Below, piece by piece: positions 1 through 9,777 of a stretch of DNA of 64,000 bases. The notes under the pieces were generated by a model. It was given only the letters and a program-made list of their open reading frames with translations, ran no database searches and was not told the DNA's origin. Each line of letters opens with the position of its first letter. Position 1 is the stretch's first letter. Location: positions 1 to 64,000 of the forward strand of contig CAXXNO010000011.1 in assembly GCA_963663235.2 (NCBI GenBank), in the 5' to 3' direction. A program made the translations under genes and the position numbers. This stretch comes from Dehalococcoidia bacterium. GTDB taxonomy: Bacteria; Chloroflexota; Dehalococcoidia; Bin125.

Positions 1-32
1 GGGGACGCGAGAGTGCACGGTCATTCGTTACC

Positions 33-1835
33 TCATTTTCGCAGGGCCGCCGTGGCGGCGGTATCGATGGATAGGGTCTCGACGCGATCGGGGTTGCCGC
101 GGACGGCGACGGCGTAGACGTCACCGGCGCGCTCGACGCTGACAAAGCCCTCCACCACGTCGCGGAGGACGTCGTCCGGGTCGCGGGTGCGGGCGTCGCC
201 GTAGCCGCCCCCGCCGCAGGACAAGGAGATGATGCGCTCGCGGGCGTGGACGGGTTGCTCGCCCACCATGTCGAGGAGGGGCACGATGGCGCCGTCGGCG
301 TGCTGGAGCAGCGCCTGGGGGCCTTGGGCGGGGCCGCCGCCCTGGACGCCCTGCGGCGGGGTGTACATGCCATCGAGGGAGTAGTGGACCTCCATGTCGC
401 CCTCGAGGGGTCCGTAGGTGCAGATGTTGCCCGGCGCCCCTCGGCGGCGGCCGGGGCCCTCGGAGTCCGGGCGCAGCTGGGTCTCCCAGACGACGAAGGG
501 GTACTTCTGCTCGACGACCTCGGTCTCGTCGACGTAGTTGAGGCCGCCGCCGTTGGCGATGAGGAGGGTGAGCCAGCCGTCGGTCTCGGCGCTGCCGGGG
601 CCGCCGGCGGTGCCGCTGAGGATCTGGAGCACGTAGGGCTCGCCGCGTTTGCCGTCGAAGCCGGAGACGACGCCCTGATAGGGGCCGGAGCCCCAGCAGG
701 GCTCGGCCAGGCCGATGCCGTCGGCGAGGCGGCCGAAGGCGGCGTAGATCATGCCCAGGGCGCGGTCGGCGACGGTGTTGGTGGCCATGGAGCAGGAGAC
801 GGGGTGGCGCGGGATGCCGACCACGCAGTTCTCCCGGACCATCACCTGGATGCGACGGAAGGTGCCGGCGTTGTTGGGCACCAGCGTGGCAGTGGCATCG
901 CGCTTGGAGTTGAGCACGGTGAGCACGCCGGAGATGCCGCAGTTGATGGCGGTGGATTCGCTGAGGTTGATGCCGGCGGGGACGCAGTCCGGGTTGTCGC
1001 GGAGGTCGACGGTGACGTAGCCGGCGACGGGGTCGACTTGGATGTCCGCCTGGAGCGGGATCCCGTCGGGAACGGTGGGGAAGGGGTCCAGGGCGGTGTG
1101 GGCGCGGACCCGGCCGGCCGGCAGATCGCGGATGGCGGCGCCGGCGAGGCGTTCGGAATAATCCAGCCACTCGCGGGCGAAGGCCTTGACGGTCTCCAGG
1201 CCAAACTTGCGGCAGAAGTCCTGGATGCGCTGCTCGCCGACGCGGGCGGCGGCCAGCATGCTGAGGTAGTCGCCGTACCAGATCTCGGGCGCGCGGATGC
1301 GCTTCTGGCACATGCGGATGATGTCACCGACGTCTTGGTAGTGCTCCTGAATGCGGACGCAGGGGAAGATGAGGGCGCCCTCGGCGTAGACGTCGATCGC
1401 TTTGGGCGCGTAGGTGGTGGGGATGGCGTTGCCGCAATCGGCCTGGTGGGCCTTCACGCAGGTGGTGAAGAGGTGCTCGCCCTGGAAGAACACCGGCACG
1501 AGGATGGTGTGATCGGCGGGATGGGAGTTGCCGAGGTAGGGGTCGTTGTGGAGGAAGGCGTCGCCCTCCTTGAAGTCGGGGTGGAGCTCGGCCATCGACT
1601 TGCACAGCAGGCCGGAGCCGTAGACGTGGCAGGGGACCCCTTCCGGGGCGGTGAAGAGGTCATGGTTGGCGTCCGAGATGGAGGTGGAGAAGTCGCGGGC
1701 GACGAGGGTGGTGGAGCGGGCGGTGCGAAGCAGCGTGTTGGTCATCTCACGAGTGATGCCGTCGATGCGGTTGCCCATGACGAGGAGCTGGACGGAGTCG
1801 AGGGTGGGCGTGCTGGGGCTATCGCTGGTCGTCAT
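33..1835 (-). CDS. Hydantoinase B/oxoprolinase family protein (paralog 2)
   Basis: Motifs RDFSTSI, NDPYLGNSHPAD, AHQAD, EQKYP, GGGGYGD typical of Hydantoinase_B. Confidence 0.93.
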   Translation of the reverse strand: MTTSDSPSTPTLDSVQLLVMGNRIDGITREMTNTLLRTARSTTLVARDFSTSISDANHDLFTAPEGVPCHVYGSGLLCKSMAELHPDFKEGDAFLHNDPYLGNSHPADHTILVPVFFQGEHLFTTCVKAHQADCGNAIPTTYAPKAIDVYAEGALIFPCVRIQEHYQDVGDIIRMCQKRIRAPEIWYGDYLSMLAAARVGEQRIQDFCRKFGLETVKAFAREWLDYSERLAGAAIRDLPAGRVRAHTALDPFPTVPDGIPLQADIQVDPVAGYVTVDLRDNPDCVPAGINLSESTAINCGISGVLTVLNSKRDATATLVPNNAGTFRRIQVMVRENCVVGIPRHPVSCSMATNTVADRALGMIYAAFGRLADGIGLAEPCWGSGPYQGVVSGFDGKRGEPYVLQILSGTAGGPGSAETDGWLTLLIANGGGLNYVDETEVVEQKYPFVVWETQLRPDSEGPGRRRGAPGNICTYGPLEGDMEVHYSLDGMYTPPQGVQGGGPAQGPQALLQHADGAIVPLLDMVGEQPVHARERIISLSCGGGGYGDARTRDPDDVLRDVVEGFVSVERAGDVYAVAVRGNPDRVETLSIDTAATAALRK

Positions 1836-1926
1836 GGGAGGCCCCCTTGGCCGGGCTCATCTTCCGATCGGTGGCGTCGACGGACCCTTCGGCTGGGCTC
1901 GGGACGCACAGACTGCCCCGGTACCT

Positions 1927-2319
1927 CTAGTCGTCGAGGACGGCGACGCATTTGATCTCGACGCGGGCGCTCATGGAGAGGGCCTTGCACTCGAATGCGG
2001 ACAAGGTGGGGTAGGGGCTGGAGATGTAACGATCCTTGACCTCGAGGAAGGTCTGGAAGTCCTCGGACCAGTTGGTGAACCAGACTTCCATGTCGACGAT
2101 GTCGGCGAATGCGCCGCCGGCCGCCTTCAGGATCTTGCCCACGTTCTCGAAGGCCTGCGCGATCTGGGCTTCGGGGTCCGGGATGACGTTGAGGTTCTCG
2201 TCGCGGCCGAGCTGGCCCGCCATGTAGAGCGTGTTGCCGACCTTGACGCCGGGCGAGTAGTGGAAGCGATCGTGAACGTTGCGCATCTCGTCGGGGATGA
2301 TCGATTCGCGCTTCGGCAT
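1927..2319 (-). CDS. RidA/YjgF family protein
   Basis: YSPGVKVGNTLYMAGQ...AFENV...VEIKCVA. Confidence 0.9.
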   Translation of the reverse strand: MPKRESIIPDEMRNVHDRFHYSPGVKVGNTLYMAGQLGRDENLNVIPDPEAQIAQAFENVGKILKAAGGAFADIVDMEVWFTNWSEDFQTFLEVKDRYISSPYPTLSAFECKALSMSARVEIKCVAVLDD

Positions 2320-2401
2320 CGGTGGGGTCCCTTCTAGGGCGTTCGCGTTCCGTTTCGTGATCGGCGCGGCGCTGGGCGGCGCCGGAGGGAGAGCATGGCG
2401 G

Positions 2402-4243
2402 TCAAGCGCCGGACTTCACCGGGGCCGCCGTGGCGCGTAGCGCCGCGGTGGCCGGCTCATCGACGCGGAGGGTCTCGACCTTGCGCGGGTCGCCGGTGAG
2501 GGCGACGCCGTAGACGTCACGGGCGCGGTCGACGGTGATGTAGCCATCGACGGCGTCGCTGAGGACGGCTTCGACCTTGCGGGTGCGTGGATCGCCGTAG
2601 CCGCCGCCGCCGGCGGAGAGGGAGACAATGCGCTCGCCCGGGCCGATGCTCTGCTCGCCGATGATGTCCGGGAGGTAGCGCCGTTCGCCGTCGGCCTGCT
2701 GAAGCCACACCTCGGAGCCCATTGCGCCGCCGCCGCCCTGGACGCCTTTGGGCGGCGTGACTAGACCGTCCTGGGAGTAGTGCACTTCGATGGCGTCGTC
2801 CTGGGGGAGAGGGCCATAGATGCAGACGTTTCCGGGCGCGCCGCGCTGGCGGCCGGCGCCTTCGGAGTCGGGGCGGACCGCGGTCTCCCAGATGAGGAAG
2901 GGGTACTTCTGCTCGATGACTTCGGTCTCATCGAAGTAGGCGAGGCCGGCGCCGTTGGCGATGAGGAGGGTGAGCCAGCCGTCGGATTCGGCGCCGCCGG
3001 GGCCGCCGGCGGTGCCGCAGAAGACTTGGAGGACGAAGGGCTCATTGCGCTTGCGGTTGAAGCCGGAGACGACGCCCTGGTAGGGGCCGGAGCCCCAGCA
3101 GGGCTCGGCCAAGCCGATGCCGTCGGCGAGGCGGCCGAAGGCGGAGTAGATCATGCCCAGGGTGCGATCGGCGACGGTGTTGGTGGCCATGGAGCAGGAG
3201 ACGGGGTGGCGCGGAATGCCGACGACGCAGTTCTCGCGCACGAGCACGTTGATGCGGCGGAACGAGCCGGAGTTGTTGGGGACCAGGGTGGCCTTGGCGT
3301 CACGCTTGGAGTTGAGGACGATGAGGACGCCGGAGATGCCGCAGTTGATGGCGGTGGACTCGCTGAGGTTGACGCCGGCGGGGACGCAATCCGGGTTGTC
3401 GCGGAGGTCGACGGTGACGTAGCCGGCGTCGGGGTCGACATCGATGTCGCACTGCAGCGGGATGCCGTCGGGCAGGTTGGGCGGGAAGGGGTCGAGGGCG
3501 GTGGAGGCGTGGATCTTGCCGGCGGGGAGGCTCTTAATCTTGGACTCCGCGAGGCGTTCGGAATACATGATCCAGTCGCGGACGAAGGCCTTGACGGTCT
3601 CCAGGCCAAACTTGCGGCAGAAGTCCTGGATGCGCTGCTCGCCCACGCGGGCCGCGGCCAGCATGGCGAGGAAGTCGCCGTACCAGATCTCGGGCACGCG
3701 GATGCGCTTCTGACACATGCGGATGATGTCACCGACGTCTTCGTAGTGCTCCTGAATGCGGACACAGGGAAAGATGAGCGCGCCCTCGGCGTAGACGTCG
3801 ATGGCTTTGGGGGTATAGGTGCTGGGGATGGCGTTGCCGCAGTCTGCTTGGTGCGCCTTCACGCAGGTGGTGAAGATGTGCTCGCCTTCAAAGAAGACGG
3901 GGACGAGGACGGTGTGGTCGGCGGGGTGCGAGTTGCCGAGGTAGGGGTCGTTGTGGAGGAAGGCGTCGCCTTGCTTGAAGTCGGGATGGAGATCGGCCAT
4001 GGCTTGGCAGAGGAGGCCGGAGCCGTAGACGTGGCAGGGGATCCCCTCCGGCGCGGAGAAGAGCTGGTGGTTGGCGTCCGAGACGGAGGTGGAGAAGTCC
4101 CGCGCGACGAGGGTGGCGGAGCGGGCCGTGCGGATGAGCGTGTTGGTCATCTCGCGGGTGATGCCGTCGATGCGGTTGGCCATCACCAGGAGCTGGACGG
4201 GATCGATCGCGTCCCAGCCGTTGGAGTTTCCGCGTGCAGGCAT
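2402..4243 (-). CDS. Hydantoinase B/oxoprolinase family protein (paralog 1)
   Basis: Same motifs as 33..1835 and highly similar to it; start chosen at MPARGNS (ATG at 4243). Confidence 0.92.
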   Translation of the reverse strand: MPARGNSNGWDAIDPVQLLVMANRIDGITREMTNTLIRTARSATLVARDFSTSVSDANHQLFSAPEGIPCHVYGSGLLCQAMADLHPDFKQGDAFLHNDPYLGNSHPADHTVLVPVFFEGEHIFTTCVKAHQADCGNAIPSTYTPKAIDVYAEGALIFPCVRIQEHYEDVGDIIRMCQKRIRVPEIWYGDFLAMLAAARVGEQRIQDFCRKFGLETVKAFVRDWIMYSERLAESKIKSLPAGKIHASTALDPFPPNLPDGIPLQCDIDVDPDAGYVTVDLRDNPDCVPAGVNLSESTAINCGISGVLIVLNSKRDAKATLVPNNSGSFRRINVLVRENCVVGIPRHPVSCSMATNTVADRTLGMIYSAFGRLADGIGLAEPCWGSGPYQGVVSGFNRKRNEPFVLQVFCGTAGGPGGAESDGWLTLLIANGAGLAYFDETEVIEQKYPFLIWETAVRPDSEGAGRQRGAPGNVCIYGPLPQDDAIEVHYSQDGLVTPPKGVQGGGGAMGSEVWLQQADGERRYLPDIIGEQSIGPGERIVSLSAGGGGYGDPRTRKVEAVLSDAVDGYITVDRARDVYGVALTGDPRKVETLRVDEPATAALRATAAPVKSGA

Positions 4244-4268
4244 TTGAGCTGATCCCCCCGTCGTTCGA

Positions 4269-4302
4269 CGCGGTGGTGCGTCGCGGTGGTGCGTCGCGGT
4301 GG
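4269..4302. repeat. Short 13-bp tandem repeat (CGCGGTGGTGCGT x2.6) in the hydantoinase A-B intergenic gap
   Basis: Directly visible in the sequence. Confidence 0.6.
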
Positions 4303-4308
4303 GCGCCG

Positions 4309-6405
4309 CTAGTCGGCGCCGACGTCGACGAGGTAGTGGGCCGGCCGGACGGTGGCCCGGGCGCCCGGGATCAGCACGATGGTGGTGGTGGGCTCCTCGA
4401 TGATGGCGGGGCCGTCGATCACGGCGCCGTCGGCGAGGCCCTGACCGAGGTACACCTTGGCGGGCAGGGGTTTCCCGTTGAAGTAGGCGGTTCGTTCGCC
4501 GGGCTCGGCCGCCTTCCCCTCGGATGCGGCGCCGCCGAGCAGGGCCGGCTTGGCGAGCTGGACGCGGGCCTCGCCGCGCCAATTGATGGTCTCCACCTCA
4601 TGACCGGGCTGGTTCACCTTGAAAAGGTCCAGGTGGACCCGGTCGAACTCGTCTTGGAGGGCCTTGAGGCCGGCGGGGCCGTCGATCTTGCCCTTGGCGC
4701 CGATCTCGACATCGAGCTCCCAGACCTGGTGCACGTAGCGAGCCTCGCAGATGAAGCGTTTGACCTGCTGGCCCTCCATGGCGACCCGCTTGAAGAAGTC
4801 GTCCATGTCGGCGGAGATCTCGGCCAGGCTGTTGTTGACGCCGTCGTAGTCGAAATCCTTGGAGGTGGAGTGCCAGCCGCGGGAGAAGGTGGCCATCAGG
4901 TCTGAATACTGGCCGCCCATGGCGCTCAAGCCGGCGGCGAGCTTGGGGATCAGCACCTGGGAGACGCTCAACTCGCGGGCGATGCCGACGACATTGAGGC
5001 CGGAGGCGCCGCCGCCCGCGATCATCAGCGACTCACGCGGATCGATCCCCTGCGAGATCGTCATCTCACTGATGAAGCCGCGCATGCGCTCCGACGACAC
5101 GGTGACGATCGCCTCCGCGGCGGCTTCCGCGGAGAGGCCCAGGGGCTTGCCGACGCGCTCCTCGATGGCGGCGCGCGCCTTTTCCGGCACCAGACGCATG
5201 CGCCCACCGAGGAAGAAGTCGGGATCGATGTGGCCGAGGACGACGGCGGCGTCGGTGACCGTGGGCTGGCCTCCGCCCTTGTCGTAGCAGGCGGGGCCGG
5301 GGTCCGCGCCGGCGCTTTCGGGGCCGACTTGGAGGAGGCCGCCGGCGTCGATGGAGGCGATGGAGCCGCCGCCGGCGCCGACCGAGCGGGTGTCGACGGC
5401 GGGGAGGCCGGTCATGTGGCCCTGCCACTGCCCGCCGAGCCACTTCTCGCGGGTGTAGAGGATGGCGCCGCCATGGGTCAGGCTGACATCGAACGAGGTG
5501 CCGCCGGCGTCGATGACGAGGAGGTCGGAGTCGCGCGAGGCGCTCTCGGCGTCGGCGTAGGCGAGGCCGGCGACCGGGGCGAGGGAGGGGCCGGAGTCGA
5601 CGGTGTGGAGGGGGCGGGTGACCATCTCTTCCAGGTTGAGGACGCCGCCGGACATGTGGGTGACCATGAGCGGCTCGCCGCGGAAGCCGAGCTCGCGCAG
5701 GCGGCGGTCCATGGTGGTGAGGTGGTCGCGCATGAGCGACTTGATGGAGACATCGATGCAGGTGGCCGAGGCGCGCCGGTACTCGCGGATGATGGGGTTG
5801 AGCCGATGACTGAGCGTGACCTCGATGTGGGGGACCATCTCCTGCAACAGCTCGCCGACGCGCTGCTCGTGCGCGGGGTTGACGGGCGACCAGAGCAAGC
5901 AGACGCCGACCGCGGCGACGTCCATGTCGATTAGGCGCTGGATCTGCGTGCGGACTTGGTCGTCTTTGAGGGGCTCGTAGACGGTGCCGTCGGCGAGGAT
6001 GCGCTCGTCGATCTCGAAGGTGCGGCTGCGGGGGACGTAGGGCTCGGGGTAGGGCATGGCGAGGTTGTGCGACTGGAACTTGCCGCCCTCGCGATAGAGG
6101 AGGCTGTCGGGGTGGCCCTTGGTGGCGAAGAAGGCGGTCTTGGCGATCTTGCCCTGCAGGATGGCGTTGGTGGAGACGGTGGTGGAATAGACGAACGAGT
6201 CCGCCTGTCCGAGCAGGTCCTCCACCGTGATCCCTTGCGACTCCGCGGCGAGCTGCATGGCGCTGAGGATGCCGGAGAACATGTCGTCGGCGGTGGTGGG
6301 GGCCTTGTAGAGGCCGAGGACGGTCTCTCGGTCGGCCAGGACCATGTCTGTGAAGGTGCCGCCGGTGTCGATGGAGATCTTGTATCGAGGCGAGTCGGAA
6401 GGCAT
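4309..6405 (-). CDS. Hydantoinase A/oxoprolinase family protein
   Basis: IDTGGTFTD, DAGGTSFDVS, GAGGGSIA, SAGADPGPACY, PTVTDA; start MPSDSPRY at 6405. Confidence 0.94.
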   Translation of the reverse strand: MPSDSPRYKISIDTGGTFTDMVLADRETVLGLYKAPTTADDMFSGILSAMQLAAESQGITVEDLLGQADSFVYSTTVSTNAILQGKIAKTAFFATKGHPDSLLYREGGKFQSHNLAMPYPEPYVPRSRTFEIDERILADGTVYEPLKDDQVRTQIQRLIDMDVAAVGVCLLWSPVNPAHEQRVGELLQEMVPHIEVTLSHRLNPIIREYRRASATCIDVSIKSLMRDHLTTMDRRLRELGFRGEPLMVTHMSGGVLNLEEMVTRPLHTVDSGPSLAPVAGLAYADAESASRDSDLLVIDAGGTSFDVSLTHGGAILYTREKWLGGQWQGHMTGLPAVDTRSVGAGGGSIASIDAGGLLQVGPESAGADPGPACYDKGGGQPTVTDAAVVLGHIDPDFFLGGRMRLVPEKARAAIEERVGKPLGLSAEAAAEAIVTVSSERMRGFISEMTISQGIDPRESLMIAGGGASGLNVVGIARELSVSQVLIPKLAAGLSAMGGQYSDLMATFSRGWHSTSKDFDYDGVNNSLAEISADMDDFFKRVAMEGQQVKRFICEARYVHQVWELDVEIGAKGKIDGPAGLKALQDEFDRVHLDLFKVNQPGHEVETINWRGEARVQLAKPALLGGAASEGKAAEPGERTAYFNGKPLPAKVYLGQGLADGAVIDGPAIIEEPTTTIVLIPGARATVRPAHYLVDVGAD

Positions 6406-6740
6406 GAGCCGGCCACCTGTCGTTGCGAACTGGCCCCTGGCGGGGCTCCGCGGGGTGTGGATCGAGGTCGGACGGGGCCGGACACGGAGCGGCCGGCCGC
6501 GGAACACCGATCAAGGAGGCATCCTAATGGATTTTGGCCGGGGGCGGGCTAGTGGATTAGGGCCGGGGGCGGGCATGGGTTTTGGGGCCCCGGCTGGCGG
6601 CGGCGCCTAGTAGGACGGGGAGTGGATCAAGGAAGACGGCGCCTACGACCTCACGGGCGCGGTGCTCGTCGACGGCGAGGTGGGGTAGCCGTCGCAGTTG
6701 GCGGTCACGCTGGCGGGCGACGTGCGGGCGCTGCTGCCGG

Positions 6741-9671
6741 CTAGCCCGTGTTGCGGAGACCGGCCGCGACGCCGTTGATGCTGCGCAGGATCGCGTCCAG
6801 AAGCGCCGGATCATTCGAGAGTTCTGGATCGGAGCGCCGCCGCCGGATCAGCTCGACTTGCAAGAAGGAAAGAGCATCCACGTACGGGTTGCGGACGTCG
6901 ATCGAGCGACGCAGGACGGGATTGCGGCCCAGCAGGCGAGTGGCGCCAGTGATGAGCCGCAGCCCATCCTCCGTGCGCTGGAACTCTTCGCGCAGCGTCT
7001 TGAAGATGGCGGCATCCTGGGCGCCCGCGCCGAGCGTCTGCACGTAATGTTCGGCGATCTCTAAGTCGGCCTTTGCACACACCATCTCGACGTTGGAGAG
7101 CAGCGCGGCGAAGAACGGCCAGCGCTCATACATCTCGCGCAGCAACCGCAGGCCCTGGTCGCCGTGCCGCCGGCGATGCTCTCGCAGAGCCGTCCCGACC
7201 CCCATCCAGCCGGTCAGGACGTGCCGGGACTGCATCCATCCGAACACCCACGGGATCGCCCGCAGAGATGCCAAGGAGCTGTGGCTGTCCGGCCGGAACG
7301 CCGGTCGCGAGCCAATTGGCAGTTCGGCCAACTCTTGGATGGGCGTGACGCGCTGAAAATATTCGAACAGCGCGGCGCTCTCAGCGATTTCGCGCCGGTA
7401 GATGGCCTCGGCGGCGGCCGCCAGCTCGTCCATCGTCTCGCGATAGCGGCGCTGAGCAGGTGCGCTCACTGTCTCGCGCCAGTCCCGGAAGCGATGCGCG
7501 AGCGCCGCCGCGACCGACTGCTCCAGGTTCCAGGAGGCGATGGCCGGCAGGCCGTACGTGAACTGGATCATCTCGCCCTGTTCGGTCCACTTGAGGCCCG
7601 CGTCGGTCGAGCGGGGCGGCAGGGCGAGGATCGCGTCGTGCGACGGCCCGCCGCCGCGACTCACCGTGCCGCCGCGCCCGTGGAAGAAGAGCACTTCGAT
7701 TCCGGCGCTTTCCGCCTCGGCGCGGATCGCTTCCTGCGCGCGGTAGAGACCCCATTGCGCGGGGAGAATCCCGACCTCTTTGGCAGAATCCGAATAGCCG
7801 ATCATCACTTCTTGCCGGTCCGCGTGCGCAGCGAGATGGCGCCGGTAGATCGGGTCGGCGAAGAGCGATCGCAGCATGGCCGGCGCCACCGCCAGGTCAT
7901 CCAGGCGTTCCAGCAGCGGCACCATCCGCAGCGCGGCGCCGGGCTCTCCCGCGGGAGCGTTGAGGCCAACCTCCCGCGCCAGTAACAGCGGGGCGAGGAT
8001 GTCGGCAGCGCTGCTCGCCATCGACACGATGCAGGATTCGATCGCCTCCGGCCCCACGGCCTCTTTCACCCTCCGAACGACGCGCAGGCGCTCGACGATG
8101 TCGCGGCTGTCCGCGCTCAGCTCATACCCGGCAGGAAGGAAGGGCGGCGCGCTTGCCAACTGCTGCTGGAGGAAGGCGATGCGTGCATCGATCGGCGCAT
8201 CCAAATAGCGCCCCCCGCCAACGGGTATCCCACGGGACTGCGCGATCTCGTCGATCGCACGCGCGTATCGCTCGGCGTGATCGCGGATGTCGAGAGTCGC
8301 CAGCCGGAAGCCGAACGCGTGTCCGCGATCGATCAACGGCTGCACGAGCTGATCCGCGCTGCCGTGCGCCCCATGCCCGCGCAGGCTTGTGGCGATCCAT
8401 TCCAGATCCTGGATGAACTCCCCCGCGGAGGCGTACGCTTGCCCGTCCTCCGCGGCCTCCCGCGCCGCCACGCGGGTCCGGGAACCGGGCAGCAAGGCGG
8501 TATCTTCCGCTCCCAACTGCTGGCGATTGGCCGCGATTGTGGCCTGCAAGCGGGCGCCCATGAAGGCCAGTTTGTGCCGGTACGGCTCGCCGTCGGCGCG
8601 GTTCGCGAGACGCTGCTGCACGGACGGCATGGCGTCCGCGTTTCGGCCAAGACTCGCGAGGAGTTCCGGCGACATCTCGACGCGCCTGGCGGAATGCGTC
8701 AGCCACGGATCCAAGGCGCGCACCGCTTCGAGATAGCGGAGCAAGACCCGCTCCTTCATCAACAGCGCGGTGTGCCAGGTCGTCTCGGGCGTGACGGCAG
8801 GGTTACCGTCGCGGTCGCCGCCCATCCACGACCCGAGTGTGACTGGGGCGATCGGGTTCGTCTCCACAGCGACGTCGCGAGCGGCGCTGCGGAGAAGCTG
8901 GACGACGGCGGGAACGGCATCCCACAGCGTCGCGTCGAAGGAGTTGAGGAGGAGCCGCGTCTCTTCGAGCACTGTGGGCCGGCGGTGGCGGAGTTGATCC
9001 GACTGCCACAGCGACTCGACCTGCATCGCGATGTGGGCGTCGAGCGTCTCTCGTTCCTCCTGCGTTGCCGCGTCGCGCCGCAACAGCTGAGCGTGGAGCG
9101 CCTGAAGCTTCGCCTGAATCGTCAGCCGTTGTGACTCCGTGGGATGCGCCGTCAGCACCGGCCGCAACCGCAGGCCGTGCACTGCTTCAGCGATCGCCGC
9201 CTCGCCGGCGCCCGCAGCCCGTAGCGCCCGCAGCGTCGCCGATAGGGACCGTGGGGCCGGGGAGGCGTCGGGCCGCGCCGAATACGTTCGCCGCCGCCGT
9301 ACGCGATGCGTCTCTTCCGCCGTGTTGACGATCTGGAAATAGGTCAGGAATGACCGCACGACGGCTTCAGCGAGCGGCAGCTCCCACGACCCGATCAGCG
9401 TGATGATCTCATGGAGCCGTTCCGGCTCCGGCGCGCCCTCCACCCCGCGCCGGCGGCGCGTCAGCGCCCGCAGCGCCTCGACGGCCGCGAAGACCTCGGC
9501 GCCGTCGAGCGCGTTGATGGTGTCCCCCAGCAGCGCCCCCAGCCGACGCACGTCTTCCGCCAAGGGCGCGTCTTCTGGACGGCGCGGGGTGAACGCTGAG
9601 GTGTCGTGGCTTGGATCCCCGGCGATGGCGGCCTCCGTTGTCTCGGGCTCGTGCGTAACGGAGGATATCAA
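6741..9671 (-). CDS. ppc: Phosphoenolpyruvate carboxylase
   Basis: VLTAHPTE, WMGGDRDGNP, VMIGYSDSAK, FHGRGGTVSRGGGP, LRAIPWVFGW, C-terminal AGLRNTG; start uncertain (TTG at 9671 assumed). Confidence 0.95.
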   Translation of the reverse strand: MISSVTHEPETTEAAIAGDPSHDTSAFTPRRPEDAPLAEDVRRLGALLGDTINALDGAEVFAAVEALRALTRRRRGVEGAPEPERLHEIITLIGSWELPLAEAVVRSFLTYFQIVNTAEETHRVRRRRTYSARPDASPAPRSLSATLRALRAAGAGEAAIAEAVHGLRLRPVLTAHPTESQRLTIQAKLQALHAQLLRRDAATQEERETLDAHIAMQVESLWQSDQLRHRRPTVLEETRLLLNSFDATLWDAVPAVVQLLRSAARDVAVETNPIAPVTLGSWMGGDRDGNPAVTPETTWHTALLMKERVLLRYLEAVRALDPWLTHSARRVEMSPELLASLGRNADAMPSVQQRLANRADGEPYRHKLAFMGARLQATIAANRQQLGAEDTALLPGSRTRVAAREAAEDGQAYASAGEFIQDLEWIATSLRGHGAHGSADQLVQPLIDRGHAFGFRLATLDIRDHAERYARAIDEIAQSRGIPVGGGRYLDAPIDARIAFLQQQLASAPPFLPAGYELSADSRDIVERLRVVRRVKEAVGPEAIESCIVSMASSAADILAPLLLAREVGLNAPAGEPGAALRMVPLLERLDDLAVAPAMLRSLFADPIYRRHLAAHADRQEVMIGYSDSAKEVGILPAQWGLYRAQEAIRAEAESAGIEVLFFHGRGGTVSRGGGPSHDAILALPPRSTDAGLKWTEQGEMIQFTYGLPAIASWNLEQSVAAALAHRFRDWRETVSAPAQRRYRETMDELAAAAEAIYRREIAESAALFEYFQRVTPIQELAELPIGSRPAFRPDSHSSLASLRAIPWVFGWMQSRHVLTGWMGVGTALREHRRRHGDQGLRLLREMYERWPFFAALLSNVEMVCAKADLEIAEHYVQTLGAGAQDAAIFKTLREEFQRTEDGLRLITGATRLLGRNPVLRRSIDVRNPYVDALSFLQVELIRRRRSDPELSNDPALLDAILRSINGVAAGLRNTG

Positions 9672-9777
9672 GCTCAGCGCACCCCACCACCCCGTATGGT
9701 AGGGCGCGCACGGGATCGGCCCTACCAGTCCGGGCCGATACCCGGCAGATCGTGTCGGAAACGGAAAGAGGGACAGC

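Noticed and set aside
6608-6745. Coding-like fragment (DGEWIKEDGAYDLTGAVLVDGEVG*PSQLAV...)
   Set aside because: Too short, no start, internal stop; probably a gene remnant I cannot assign.
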